NCBI GenBank assembly: GCA_963666515.2
Contig: OY762897.2
Span: forward strand, 1,344,001 to 1,408,000
DNA from: Candidatus Binatia bacterium
Lineage (GTDB): Bacteria; Desulfobacterota; Binatia; UBA9968; JAJDTQ01
Reading direction: 5' to 3'
DNA: 64,000 nucleotides
Shown one piece after another: positions 46,344 through 56,587 of this stretch (positions are counted from its first letter, which is position 1; each line of letters begins with the position of its first letter). The notes beneath the pieces were generated by a model. It worked only from the letters and a program-made list of their open reading frames with translations. It was not told the origin of the DNA and made no database searches. The translations under genes and the position numbers were made by a program.

Positions 46344-47852
46344 TTGGACAGCTATGACAACGGGCTTCCGGCCCGCTGGGATGCCGAGACCGACGTGGTG
46401 GTGGTGGGCTTCGGGTTCGCCGGGGGCGTTTCCGCGGTGGCCGCGGCGGACTCCGGCGCCGAGGTGACGATCGTGGAGAAGATGCCCAACCCCGGCGGCA
46501 TCTCGATCCTGGCGGGCGGCGGCATCGCCACCGCCGTCGACGCCAACAAGGCGTTCGAGTACCTCCAGCACACCAACGCCGGGCGCACCCCGGACGACGT
46601 GCTCCGCGCCCTGGCCGAGGGCATGACGGAGATGAAGGACTTCGTGAAGGATCTGGTGAAGGAGACCCCGTTCGAGTTGGAAGAGCAGCGGAACGGCGGC
46701 ACCTACCCGTTCCCGGGCGGCGAGGGACTGGACGGCTTCAAGATCGCGCCCATGGAAGGCTACGAGGGTTTCCAGTGGGCCAAGGGCCTGCGCGGCGGCG
46801 CGCGCCTTTTCAAGGTGCTGCTGGACAACGTGGAGGCGCGCCCGACCATCAACGTGCGGCTGGCCACGCCGGCGAAGCGCCTCGTCCGGCACCCGGAATA
46901 CGGCATCGTCGGGCTGGTGGCGGAGCACGACGGCGAGGAGGTCGCCATCAAGGCGCGCAAGGGCGTCATCCTGTCCTGCGGCGGGTTCGAGAACAACGAC
47001 GAGATGAAGCGCAACTACTTCGAGGCCATGCCCGTGTACACGCTCTTCACCGGCAACACCGGCGACGGCATCACCATGGCGCAGGAGGTGGGGGCGTCGA
47101 TGTGGCACATGTGGCACTTCCACGGCAGCTACGGGTTCAAGTACCAGGAGTTCCCGCTGGCCTTCCGCCACTGCTTCCGGGGGCCGCGCAAGGACGACTG
47201 GGTGATGCCCTGGATCGCGGTGGACAAGTACGGGCGCCGCTTCATGAACGAGTATCCGCCCGCAGTGCAGGACACCGGCCACCGGGCTCTGGAGTTCTAC
47301 GACGCCGACAAGCAGGAGTTCCCGCGCATCCCGGCCTACCTGGTGTTCGACGAGAAGGGGCGCAAGCTCGGCCCGATAGGGCAGCCCACGGTGCACGACG
47401 AGAAGGTCTCCTACGAATGGAGCGAGGATAACCTGGCGGAGGTGGAGCGGGGCTGGATCCAGAAAGCCGACGATCTGGAAACCATCGCCGGCATGATCCC
47501 GGCCGCGGAGGCGGCCACGCTCCAGGCCACCGTCGAGGAATGGAACCAGGTGTGCACGAGCGGCGGGGTGGACCGCTATCACCGGCTGCCCGGCACGCGC
47601 CTGACCATCGACACGCCGCCGTTCTATCTGGCGGAGGTGTGGCCCATCGTCTCCAACACCCAGGGCGGCCCGGTGCACGACGCCGAGCAGCACGTCATGG
47701 ACGTGCGCAATGAACCCATCCACCGGCTCTTCTCGGCCGGAGAGTGCGGTTCGTCCTTCGGCCACCTCTACCTGGAGGCGGGAAACATCACCGAGTGCTT
47801 CGTCACCGGACGCATCGCCGGCCGCAACGCGGCGGCACTGGAACGCTGGTAA
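46344..47852 (+). CDS. FAD-dependent oxidoreductase (FAD_binding_2; fumarate reductase/TcuA/KstD-like)
   Basis: WDAETDVVVVGFGFAG, GGFE, NTGDG, GRRFMNE, NTQGG, LFSAGE; TTG start with AGGAG RBS. Confidence 0.9.
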   Translation: MDSYDNGLPARWDAETDVVVVGFGFAGGVSAVAAADSGAEVTIVEKMPNPGGISILAGGGIATAVDANKAFEYLQHTNAGRTPDDVLRALAEGMTEMKDFVKDLVKETPFELEEQRNGGTYPFPGGEGLDGFKIAPMEGYEGFQWAKGLRGGARLFKVLLDNVEARPTINVRLATPAKRLVRHPEYGIVGLVAEHDGEEVAIKARKGVILSCGGFENNDEMKRNYFEAMPVYTLFTGNTGDGITMAQEVGASMWHMWHFHGSYGFKYQEFPLAFRHCFRGPRKDDWVMPWIAVDKYGRRFMNEYPPAVQDTGHRALEFYDADKQEFPRIPAYLVFDEKGRKLGPIGQPTVHDEKVSYEWSEDNLAEVERGWIQKADDLETIAGMIPAAEAATLQATVEEWNQVCTSGGVDRYHRLPGTRLTIDTPPFYLAEVWPIVSNTQGGPVHDAEQHVMDVRNEPIHRLFSAGECGSSFGHLYLEAGNITECFVTGRIAGRNAAALERW

Positions 47853-47872
47853 TGCCCGGGATCGAGTGAGCC

Positions 47873-49945
47873 ATGTTTGACTACTTCGGCTCCCTGTTCG
47901 CCGGCCTCGCGTCGGTGTTGCCCTTCACCGCGGCCGGGCAGGATCCCTTCCTGTTCATGATGATCGGCATCGCCATCGGCTTTGCCGTAGGCATCCTGCC
48001 GGGGCTCGGCGGCGCCACCACGCTGGCGCTGATGCTGCCGTTCATCTACAAGATGGACCCCACCACGGCGTTCGCGTTCCTGCTGGGGAGCCACGCGGTC
48101 ACCGCCACTACCGGCGACATCACCTCGGTGCTGTTCGGCGTGCCGGGCGAGGGCATCACCGCGGCCACCATCGTCGACGGCCACGCCATGGCCAAGAACG
48201 GCGAAGCGGGGCGCGCCCTGGGAGCGGCCCTCATGAGCTCCCTGGTGGGCGCCATCTTCGGCGCGTTCGCGCTGGCGCTGGCCATCCCCATCGTCCAGCC
48301 CCTGGTGCTGTCCATCGGCGCCCCCGAATTCATGATGCTGAGTCTCCTGGGCATCACCTTCCTGGCTTCGCTGAGCGGCGGCAACCTCGCCAAGGGCCTC
48401 ACCGCCGGCGGCTTCGGGCTGGTGCTGGCCATGGTGGGTCTCGACGCCATCACCAGCGTGTCGCGCTACACCCTGGAGCCCATCCTGGGCAGCGAGAACG
48501 TCCTGTTCCTGTGGGACGGCCTCTCCCTGGTGGCGGTGACCGTGGGGCTTTTCGCCATCCCGGAGATCATCGAGCTGGGGACCCAGGGGAGCAGCATCGC
48601 CCGGGACACGCCGGGCGCCTTGGGCGGAGTGATGCAGGGCGTCCGCGACACTTTCAGGAAGTGGAAGCTGGTGCTCCGGTGCAGCGCCATCGGCACCTAC
48701 ATCGGGCTGATTCCCGGCCTGGGGGGCGGGCCGGCCCAGTGGGTGGCCTATGCCCACGCCGTCCAGAGCGGCTCGGACCACGCCCGCTTCGGCGAAGGGG
48801 CGGTGGAAGGGGTGCTCGGCCCCGGCGCCGCCAACAACTCCAAGGAGGGCGGGTCGCTGGTCCCCACCATCGCCTTCGGCGTGCCCGGCAGCGTCGGCAT
48901 GGCGATCCTGCTGGGGGCGTTCATCATCCAGGGGATCGTCCCCGGACCGGATCTGCTGAATCCGCACAAGCACCTGACCCTGACCTTCTCCTTCGTCTGG
49001 ATCATCGTGCTCTCCAACATCGTCACGGTTGCGGTCTGCTTCCTCTTTCTCAAGCAGTTGGCCAGGATCACCTTCGTCAAGGGCACCTACCTCATCCCGT
49101 TCCTGCTGCTGCTCATCTTCCTGGGCGGCTTCGCGGTCAAGAACAGCTTCGGCGACATGATCGTGGTGCTGCTGTTCGGCGCGTTGGGGTGGCTGATGAT
49201 GCGCAACGACTGGCAGCGCCCTCCGTTGCTGCTGGGGCTCGTGCTGGGAGGCATCGCCGACAACAACCTGTTCCTCACCACCAAGATCTACGGCATGAGC
49301 TGGGTGACGCGGCCCGGGGTGATCGTCATCGGGCTCCTGATCGCCGGAGCGCTGCTCTACCCGCTGTGGCAGGCGTACAGGCAACGCCGGCGGATGGAAG
49401 CGGAAAGGGGAGAAGTCGCCGCGGAGGGTTACGAGGACGCCGGTCCGGAGGAAAGCGGAGAGGCGTCCAAGCCGGAGCGGACTCTCTTCGCCGGATTTTT
49501 CGTCGCCATCTTCGTCTACGTGGTCTACGAGGCGCTCTACGGTTTCGGCGCCATCGAGAAGCAGGCCGCGCTGTTCCCGCTGGCGGTAGGCGTTCCGAGC
49601 CTTGCGCTGGCAACCGTGGCGCTGCTTCAGGAATTTCGCGCTCCGGCGCCCGCGGCGGCAGCGGAGACCGCCGCCCTGGCCGCCGAACGCGCGCTGCTGC
49701 GCCGCCGCACCCTGGCCATCGTCGCCTGGACGGTGGGCTTCTTCCTGACGATCTGGTTCCTCGGCTTCATCACCGCATCCGCGGTGGCGACCCTCGCCTA
49801 CCTCAAGCTGGGGGCCGGAGAGAAGTGGGGCATCAGCGTCGCGCTCGCCGCGTTGGCGTGGGTCTTCTTCTTCGGCCTGTTCGACTACGGGCTGAAGCTG
49901 CCTTTCCCGCCGGGAGAGCTTTTCCTTTGGCTCGGGCTCGCCTGA
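47873..49945 (+). CDS. Tripartite tricarboxylate transporter TctA fused to TctB
   Basis: GILPGLG, VPGE, VDGHAMAKNGEAGRAL, ANNSKEGGSLVPT.AFGVPG, followed by a hydrophilic linker and a TctB-like tail ending FDYGLKLPFPPG. Confidence 0.9.
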   Translation: MFDYFGSLFAGLASVLPFTAAGQDPFLFMMIGIAIGFAVGILPGLGGATTLALMLPFIYKMDPTTAFAFLLGSHAVTATTGDITSVLFGVPGEGITAATIVDGHAMAKNGEAGRALGAALMSSLVGAIFGAFALALAIPIVQPLVLSIGAPEFMMLSLLGITFLASLSGGNLAKGLTAGGFGLVLAMVGLDAITSVSRYTLEPILGSENVLFLWDGLSLVAVTVGLFAIPEIIELGTQGSSIARDTPGALGGVMQGVRDTFRKWKLVLRCSAIGTYIGLIPGLGGGPAQWVAYAHAVQSGSDHARFGEGAVEGVLGPGAANNSKEGGSLVPTIAFGVPGSVGMAILLGAFIIQGIVPGPDLLNPHKHLTLTFSFVWIIVLSNIVTVAVCFLFLKQLARITFVKGTYLIPFLLLLIFLGGFAVKNSFGDMIVVLLFGALGWLMMRNDWQRPPLLLGLVLGGIADNNLFLTTKIYGMSWVTRPGVIVIGLLIAGALLYPLWQAYRQRRRMEAERGEVAAEGYEDAGPEESGEASKPERTLFAGFFVAIFVYVVYEALYGFGAIEKQAALFPLAVGVPSLALATVALLQEFRAPAPAAAAETAALAAERALLRRRTLAIVAWTVGFFLTIWFLGFITASAVATLAYLKLGAGEKWGISVALAALAWVFFFGLFDYGLKLPFPPGELFLWLGLA

Positions 49946-49973
49946 CGCCGTTCTCACGCCTCGAGGTTGCAAC

Positions 49974-51524
49974 ATGAAAGCATCCTGGGATCGGGAGACC
50001 GACGTGGTCGTGGTGGGCTACGGCTACTCCGGCGGCGTCGCCGCCATCGTCGCCCACGATCTCGGCGCTCGGGTGACGCTCCTGGAGAAGATGGAGCATC
50101 CGGGGGGCAACTCCATCCTCTCCGGCGGTTTCTTCCGCATCACCGACGACGTGGACAAGGCCTTCGCCTACCTGAAGCGCATGTGCCTCAACACCGTGCC
50201 GGACCCGGTGATCCAGACCTTCGCCAAGGAGCTGCGCACCCTTTCCGGCTTCATGAAGGAACTTGCCGACGACACCGGCATCCAGGTGCAGGAACGGCAC
50301 GGCACCGGCGGCACCTACCGTTTCGACGGCGGCCCTCCGGGCGACGCCATCGGGCTTTTGGCGGTCAAGAGCGAGGAGGCCCAGTGCTACCCCTGGCTCC
50401 AGGTCCACGGCACCGGCTGGATCGCCTTCAAGGTGGTGGACGACAACGTGAGCAAGCGCGACATCGACGTGTCCGTGTCCACGCCGGTGCGGGAGCTGGT
50501 CTCGGACGGGCAGGGCAGGGTGATCGGGGTGGTCGCGGAGCGCGAGGGCGAGCGCGTTCGCATCCGGGCGCGCAACGGCGTCGTGCTGGCCGCGGGAGGC
50601 TTCGAGCACAACGAGCAGCTCCGGCTCCAGTACCTCCAGGCGCAGCCCTTCTATCCCATCTGCGCTTTGGGCAACACCGGAGACGGACTGCTCATGGGGC
50701 AGAAGGCCGGCGCCGGCCTGTGGCACATGTGGCACGTCCACGGCGGCTACGGCTTCAAGGCGCCGGAGTACCCCATCGCCTTCCGGCACCGCATCCAGGG
50801 GCGCCACGGCGCCAACCACCGGCCCAGGCCGGGCGAGGAGTTCTCGCTCAAGAGCGGCGACGAGGGGCCCAAGATGATGCCCTGGATCGTGGTGGACAAG
50901 TTCGGCAAGCGCTACATGGACGAGTACCCGCCGGCGCCCCAGGACAGCCCCTGGCGCGACATGAGCCTCTACGACGTGCACGTCAAGGACTTCCCCCGCA
51001 TCCCGTCGCACATGATCTTCGACGAGAACGGCCGCATCACCGGCCCCATGTTCACGCCCATCAGCGACCACCCGTCGCGCCGCTACGAGTGGAGCGAGGA
51101 CAACTCCGTGGAGCTGGCCAAGGGCTGGATCAAGCAGGCGCCCACCGTCGAGGAGCTGGCGCGGACCATCGGCGTGCCGGAGGACAATCTGGCCGCTACC
51201 GTGGAGCGCTGGAACGATATCTGCGACCGGGAGGAGGACACCGACTTCCGGCGCTTCGCCGGGAGCCTCTTCCCCATCTTCAAGCCGCCTTTCTACGCGG
51301 TGGAGGTGTGGCCCATCATCACCAACACCCAGGGGGCGCTGGCCCACGACAAGGACCAGCGCGTGCTGGATGCCCACGACAATCCCATCCCCGGCCTCTA
51401 CTGCGCCGGCGAGATGGGCGGCGTGTTCGGCCACCTCTACCTCAACTCCGGCAACAACTCGGAGGCGTTCATCACGGGGATGATCGCCGGGCGGATGGCG
51501 GCGGGAGAACGGGCCCACGAATGA
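49974..51524 (+). CDS. FAD-dependent oxidoreductase (paralogue of 46344-47852)
   Basis: WDRETDVVVVGYGYSG, NTGDG, WHMWHVHG.YGFK, NTQGA, LYCAGE. Confidence 0.9.
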   Translation: MKASWDRETDVVVVGYGYSGGVAAIVAHDLGARVTLLEKMEHPGGNSILSGGFFRITDDVDKAFAYLKRMCLNTVPDPVIQTFAKELRTLSGFMKELADDTGIQVQERHGTGGTYRFDGGPPGDAIGLLAVKSEEAQCYPWLQVHGTGWIAFKVVDDNVSKRDIDVSVSTPVRELVSDGQGRVIGVVAEREGERVRIRARNGVVLAAGGFEHNEQLRLQYLQAQPFYPICALGNTGDGLLMGQKAGAGLWHMWHVHGGYGFKAPEYPIAFRHRIQGRHGANHRPRPGEEFSLKSGDEGPKMMPWIVVDKFGKRYMDEYPPAPQDSPWRDMSLYDVHVKDFPRIPSHMIFDENGRITGPMFTPISDHPSRRYEWSEDNSVELAKGWIKQAPTVEELARTIGVPEDNLAATVERWNDICDREEDTDFRRFAGSLFPIFKPPFYAVEVWPIITNTQGALAHDKDQRVLDAHDNPIPGLYCAGEMGGVFGHLYLNSGNNSEAFITGMIAGRMAAGERAHE

Positions 51525-52489
51525 GCGTGCTGGTCACCGGCGGCACCGGCTTCGTGGGCATCCACGTAGCCGCCCAACTGGCCGAGATGGGGGAGGCGGT
51601 GGTGACCTTGTCCCTGGAGGGCAAGCTGGACCGTTGCGCGCTGGAGTTTATCGGAGCGGCGAGTGAGCGGATCACTTGCGTCGAGGGCACGGTTCTCGAC
51701 CTTGGACGGCTGCGCTGGATAGTGGATCGGTACGGCGTCGACCGGGTCATCCACGGGGCAGCCATCACCGCCATTGGCAAGCTGGAAAAGGAAGCCGCGC
51801 ATCAAGCGGTGGCGGCCAACGTCAGCGGCACCGCCACGGTCCTGGAAGCCGCGCGTCTCGCCGGGCTGAAACGATTCATTCACCTCAGTTCGGCGAGCGT
51901 CTACGGCTCCACCGACCCGGAGCTTGCACTGGAAGAGGACGCCATACTCGAACCGCGAGACATCTACGGCATCACCAAGCGCGCCGGGGAGGATCTCGCG
52001 CGCCGGTACTTCGACCTGTACCACATGGACGGGGCCATCCTGCGCCTCTCGGCGCCCTACGGTCCGCTGGAACGCATCAACCCCCTGCGCGCCGTCATGT
52101 CGCCGGTGTTCCACTGGTGCCGGGCTGCGCTCAAGGGCGAGGAAGTGGAACTGGCGGAGGACCTCGTGCGCGACCTCACCTACGTCTCGGACGCCGCCCG
52201 GTGCGTGGTGCTGGCGTTTCACAGCCCGAAGCTGCGCCACAGGGTCTACAACGCAAGCTGTGGTGAAAACTTTCGTTTCTCTGATATCCTTGCGGTCTTG
52301 GCGCGAGTCCGGCCAGGTTTCCGCTTCCGCCTCAAGAAAGGCAGGGGTTCATCCTCGTTCTTCCGCGACAGCCTGCGGGGTCCGTTATCCATGAAGCGGG
52401 CACGGGAAGACCTGGGTTTCGAGCCGCAATACGATATCGAGAGCGGATTGCGCCGCTATCTGGAATGGCTGGAAGGGCATCGGATCTGA
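51521..52489 (+). CDS. NAD-dependent epimerase/dehydratase
   Basis: MSVLVTGGTGFVG, HGAA, LSSASVYG, YGITK. Confidence 0.92.
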   Translation: MSVLVTGGTGFVGIHVAAQLAEMGEAVVTLSLEGKLDRCALEFIGAASERITCVEGTVLDLGRLRWIVDRYGVDRVIHGAAITAIGKLEKEAAHQAVAANVSGTATVLEAARLAGLKRFIHLSSASVYGSTDPELALEEDAILEPRDIYGITKRAGEDLARRYFDLYHMDGAILRLSAPYGPLERINPLRAVMSPVFHWCRAALKGEEVELAEDLVRDLTYVSDAARCVVLAFHSPKLRHRVYNASCGENFRFSDILAVLARVRPGFRFRLKKGRGSSSFFRDSLRGPLSMKRAREDLGFEPQYDIESGLRRYLEWLEGHRI

Positions 52490-52522
52490 CAGCCTGTCCG
52501 ATCCTGAAGTGGGAGTTGATTC

Positions 52523-53419
52523 ATGATCCCAAGGGCATTCGAATACTTCGATCCGCCGACGCTGGACGAGGCCGTGGCGCTTCTCGGACGGTACGGCGAC
52601 GACGCCAAGCTCATGGCCGGCGGCCAGAGCCTGCTGCCGATGATGAAGCTGAGGATGGTCTCGCCGGCGGTGGTGGTGGATCTCTGGCGCGTACCGGAAC
52701 TCGACTTCATTCGGCGAGACGATAACGTCGTCCGTATCGGCGCCATGACCACCCACTTCGAGCTTCACAGCTCGCCGCTGATCCAGAGCACCTTGCCAGC
52801 GTTGGCAGACGCCGCCCGGGTGGTAGGCGACCCGCTTGTGCGAAACCTCGGCACCATCGGCGGCAGCGCTGCCCACGCTGCCCACAACGCCGACTATCCG
52901 GCAGTGCTGGTGGCCCTCGACGCCGAGTTCCGCGCCGTGGGGCCGAACGGAGAGAGGATTATTGCCGCTGCCGATTTCTTCACCGACACTTTCACTACCA
53001 GCCTGGAAGCTACTGAAATTCTGACTGAAATCTCGATCCCCGTTCCGGGAGGCCAGGACCGTGGCGCGTACCTGAAGCTGAGCCGTCGCGGAACTGATTT
53101 CGCCATTGTGGGCGTAGCCGCGGTTCTCACGGAAGGAGAGGACGGAGGTTGCACCGATGCCCGCGTCGTACTCACCGGCGTTGCCGACATTCCCGTACGT
53201 GCCGGGGGGGCGGAAAGGATCCTCAAGGCCGGCCCTGTGGATCAGGACCGCATCCATGAGGCCGCAGAGGCCGCCAAACAGGACCTCGACCCCCCTTCGG
53301 ACGTCCAGGCGGACGCACAGTACCGTGTCGACGTCTCCGGCGTCTACGTGCGTCGCGCGGTGGCCGCAGCATGGGAACGTCCGGCAGGCGGCAATACAGC
53401 GCCCCCGTCATCTTCCTGA
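52523..53419 (+). CDS. Molybdenum hydroxylase FAD-binding (CoxM-like) subunit
   Basis: MIPRAFEY, AGGQSLLPMMKLR, VRNLGTIGGS, YLK..RR..DFA. Confidence 0.94.
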   Translation: MIPRAFEYFDPPTLDEAVALLGRYGDDAKLMAGGQSLLPMMKLRMVSPAVVVDLWRVPELDFIRRDDNVVRIGAMTTHFELHSSPLIQSTLPALADAARVVGDPLVRNLGTIGGSAAHAAHNADYPAVLVALDAEFRAVGPNGERIIAAADFFTDTFTTSLEATEILTEISIPVPGGQDRGAYLKLSRRGTDFAIVGVAAVLTEGEDGGCTDARVVLTGVADIPVRAGGAERILKAGPVDQDRIHEAAEAAKQDLDPPSDVQADAQYRVDVSGVYVRRAVAAAWERPAGGNTAPPSSS

Positions 53420-53456
53420 GCCATGCTTGATCTTGACCAAGTCATATTCTGACCCC

Positions 53457-53696
53457 ATGAAGACCGCCACGATCCACCAGACCAAGACACACCTTTCCCG
53501 GATGTTGAAGGAGATTCAGGAGGGTGAGACCATCATCATACTCAACGGCTCTACGCCGGTGGCCAAACTGACAGCCATTGAGCCGCCCGCAGTCCGGCGT
53601 CCGAAGGTAGGCACGCGAACCTCGCCACCCGTCCAATACGCGGCCGATGCGTTCCAACCGCTCGCGGATGATCAACTGAAGAAGTGGGGTCTTTGA
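53457..53696 (+). CDS. Orphan Phd/YefM-family antitoxin
   Basis: [24 protein letters not shown]....PVAKL...AFQPL.DDQL..W; no toxin follows. Confidence 0.8.
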   Translation: MKTATIHQTKTHLSRMLKEIQEGETIIILNGSTPVAKLTAIEPPAVRRPKVGTRTSPPVQYAADAFQPLADDQLKKWGL

Positions 53697-53724
53697 CTCA
53701 GTACCCTTGAAAGGAATGGCCCAC

Positions 53725-54201
53725 ATGCCAAGAACCGTCCAGGCCACCGTCAACGGCCGTAAGTACTACGAGGAGAACGTCGAGCCGCGCCTGTTGCTGG
53801 TGCACTTCCTGCGGGATCGGCTGGGTCTCACCGGGACCCATGTGGGCTGTGATTCCACCAACTGCGGGGCGTGCACGGTGATGTTCAACGGCAAGGCCGT
53901 GAAGTCCTGCACGCTGCTTGCGGTGAGGGCCGACGGGGCCGAGATCACCACCATCGAGGGGGTGGCGGACGAGGACCGGCTTCATCCGCTCCAGGAGGGC
54001 TTCTGGGAGAAGCACGGCCTCCAGTGCGGCTACTGCACGCCGGGCATGATCATGTCGGCCTTGCAGTTGCTGGAGCGCCATCCCGACCCTGACGAGGCGA
54101 CCGTGCGGCAGGAACTGGAAGGGAACCTGTGCCGGTGCACGGGCTACCAGAACATCGTGGAGGCGGTGCTGTGGGCCGCCGAGCGGCTGAAGAGCGCGTG
54201 A
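53725..54201 (+). CDS. Molybdenum hydroxylase [2Fe-2S] (CoxS-like) subunit
   Basis: [31 protein letters not shown]. Confidence 0.96.
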   Translation: MPRTVQATVNGRKYYEENVEPRLLLVHFLRDRLGLTGTHVGCDSTNCGACTVMFNGKAVKSCTLLAVRADGAEITTIEGVADEDRLHPLQEGFWEKHGLQCGYCTPGMIMSALQLLERHPDPDEATVRQELEGNLCRCTGYQNIVEAVLWAAERLKSA

Positions 54202-54217
54202 GGGTGAGGGTCAAGCC

Positions 54218-56587
54218 ATGCCAATGATCGGACAGAGCATCAAGCGGCGCGAGGACCTGAAGTACGTGACAGGCTCGGGCACCTACGTGGACGACATCAC
54301 CCTGCCGGGCATGCTCTACGCCGCGTTCGTGCGGAGCCCCCACGCCCACGCCCGGCTGCTGGGCGTGGACACGAGCAAGGCGCTGGAGCACCCCAAGGGC
54401 ATCGACGCCGTCACCGGCGCGGAAGCCTACCCGCTGGCGGGCCCCATGCCCGTCTACAGCTACCGTCAGGCCACGGCCATCAAGAAGCCGGACTACCGTT
54501 GCCTGGCCCACGACCGGGTGCGCTTCGTGGGCGAGCCGGTGGCGCTGGTGGCGGCCGCGGACCGCTACGCCGCGGACGACGTGGCCGAGCTGGTGGAGGT
54601 CCGGTACGAGCCCCTGGAGCCCCTGATGGACCCGGACGAGTCCCTCAAGCCGGACGCGCCAAAACTGCACGACAACCTGGACAACAACGTGGGGCTGCGC
54701 ATCGAGCGCCAGGGCGGGGACATGGAGGCCGCCTACCGGGAGGCCGACTTCGTCTTCAAACGGCGCTACCGCATGCACCGCCACACCGGCACACCCATCG
54801 AGACCCGGGGCTGCATCGCCCAGTACAACACCGGCACGAAGGAGCTGACCCTCCACTGCTCGACCCAGATCCCGCACATCCTCAAGACCCATCTGTCGGA
54901 GATACTGGACTTCCCCGAGTTCAAGATCCGGGTCATCGCGCCGGACGTGGGCGGCGGCTTCGGCAACAAGCTGCAGGTGCCGCCCGAGGTGGTGGCCGTG
55001 TGCCTGATGGCCATCAAGACGCGCCGCCCGGTGAAGTGGATCGAGACCCGGCGGGAGAGCCTGATGGCGTTCCTGCACGCCCGCGAACAGACCCACGACG
55101 TGGAGATCCCGGTGAAGCGGGACGGCACCATCCTGGGCATCAAGTCGCACGAGATCGTCAACGCCGGCGGCTATCTCGACGCCCGCATCAGCGGCCCGTC
55201 GCTGGGCGCCGGCATGTGGCTGCCCGGGCCTTACATGGTCAAGGGCTACCAGGTGGACATCGACGCGGTGATGACCAACAAGTGCCCCTACGGCGCCTAC
55301 CGGGGGTTCGGCAGCCAGATGGGCGCGCTGGTCATCGAGCGCTCTGTGGACCTCATCGCCCGCCAGCTCGGCCGCGACCCGGTGGACCTGCGCCGGCAGA
55401 ACGTCATCAAGGAGACCCCCTACAAGTGCGTCACCGGGCACGAGTTCGACAGCGGCGACTACGTGGCCGGGCTCGACAAGGCTCTGGAGATGGTGGACTA
55501 CCCGGCGCTCAGGGAGGAGCAGGCGCGGCTCCGCAGGGAAGGCCGCTACATGGGCATCGGCGTGGCCATGGCGGTGGAAGGCGCGGGCTGGAACACCTAC
55601 ACCGCGGCCATGGCCCAGCACTACGTGCCCACACTGGACTACGCCACGGTCACCATGCGCATGGACACCTCCGGCAACGTCAAGGTGCTCATCGGCGACG
55701 TCGCCTGCGGCACCAGCCACGCCACCACCGCGGCGCAGGTGGCCGCGGACGCCACCGGACTGCCCATCGAAACCATCGAAGTGGTGGAAGGGGACACCGC
55801 GGTGACGCCCTACGACTCGGGCACCCGCGCCGCGCGGTTCAGCGCGGTGGTGCTGCCGGCGGTGGCGGAGTCGGGCATGGCGCTCAAGAAGAAGGTGTGC
55901 CGCGTCGGCGCCCACTTGCTGGAGGGGTCCGAGGAGGACATGGAGATCGTCGAGGGGCAAGTGCAGGTGCGTGGCGTGCCGGACAGGAGCCTGCCGGTGA
56001 GCCGAGTGGCCCGGGTGGCCTACTCGGAGGTGGCGACCCTGCCCCGGGAAATCCCAGCGGGCCTCGAGGCCACCGAATCGTTCAAGGCGCCGGTGAGCGG
56101 CCTTTGCATCACCTGGCCCTACTCTATCCACATTCCGGTGGTGGAGGTGGACATCGAAACCGGCGCCGTGAAGTTCCTGCGCTACGCCATCGTCCATGAC
56201 TGCGGAGTCGAGATCAACCCCATGGTGGTGGAAGGGCAGGTGGTGGGCGGCACCGCCCAGGGCGTGGGCGGCGCTCTGCTGGAAGAGCTGGTCTACGACG
56301 AGGACGGCCAGCTCCTCACCACCAGCTTCATGGACTACCTCATCCCCACGGCCACGGACATGCCGTCTTTCGAGGTGTGCCATCTCCAGACCGCGGCGCC
56401 GCAGATTCCGGGCGGCTACAAGGGAATGGGGGAGGGCGGCTGCGTGTACGTCTACGCCGCGGTGGTGAACGCCGTGGCCGATGCCATCGAGCCCCTGGGG
56501 GTGGAGATCACTTCGACCCCGCTGTCGCCCAGCCGCATCCTGGAGCTGCTGCGGGAAGCCAAGGGCCGGAACGGAGGAAATGCCTGA
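54218..56587 (+). CDS. Xanthine dehydrogenase-family molybdopterin-binding (CoxL-like) subunit, not a CO dehydrogenase
   Basis: VRSPHAHAR, DVGGGFGNK, active-site AYRGFG (not AYxCSFR or AYRGAGR), INPMVVEGQ, KGMGEGG. Confidence 0.93.
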   Translation: MPMIGQSIKRREDLKYVTGSGTYVDDITLPGMLYAAFVRSPHAHARLLGVDTSKALEHPKGIDAVTGAEAYPLAGPMPVYSYRQATAIKKPDYRCLAHDRVRFVGEPVALVAAADRYAADDVAELVEVRYEPLEPLMDPDESLKPDAPKLHDNLDNNVGLRIERQGGDMEAAYREADFVFKRRYRMHRHTGTPIETRGCIAQYNTGTKELTLHCSTQIPHILKTHLSEILDFPEFKIRVIAPDVGGGFGNKLQVPPEVVAVCLMAIKTRRPVKWIETRRESLMAFLHAREQTHDVEIPVKRDGTILGIKSHEIVNAGGYLDARISGPSLGAGMWLPGPYMVKGYQVDIDAVMTNKCPYGAYRGFGSQMGALVIERSVDLIARQLGRDPVDLRRQNVIKETPYKCVTGHEFDSGDYVAGLDKALEMVDYPALREEQARLRREGRYMGIGVAMAVEGAGWNTYTAAMAQHYVPTLDYATVTMRMDTSGNVKVLIGDVACGTSHATTAAQVAADATGLPIETIEVVEGDTAVTPYDSGTRAARFSAVVLPAVAESGMALKKKVCRVGAHLLEGSEEDMEIVEGQVQVRGVPDRSLPVSRVARVAYSEVATLPREIPAGLEATESFKAPVSGLCITWPYSIHIPVVEVDIETGAVKFLRYAIVHDCGVEINPMVVEGQVVGGTAQGVGGALLEELVYDEDGQLLTTSFMDYLIPTATDMPSFEVCHLQTAAPQIPGGYKGMGEGGCVYVYAAVVNAVADAIEPLGVEITSTPLSPSRILELLREAKGRNGGNA

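Noticed and set aside
49967-52489. 840-aa ORF suggesting an epimerase fusion
   Set aside because: The upstream part is an alternative frame over the flavoprotein gene; the epimerase starts at 51521.
52523-56587. Aerobic CO dehydrogenase
   Set aside because: The large subunit lacks the form I AYxCSFR and form II AYRGAGR motifs, and there are no coxDEFG genes.
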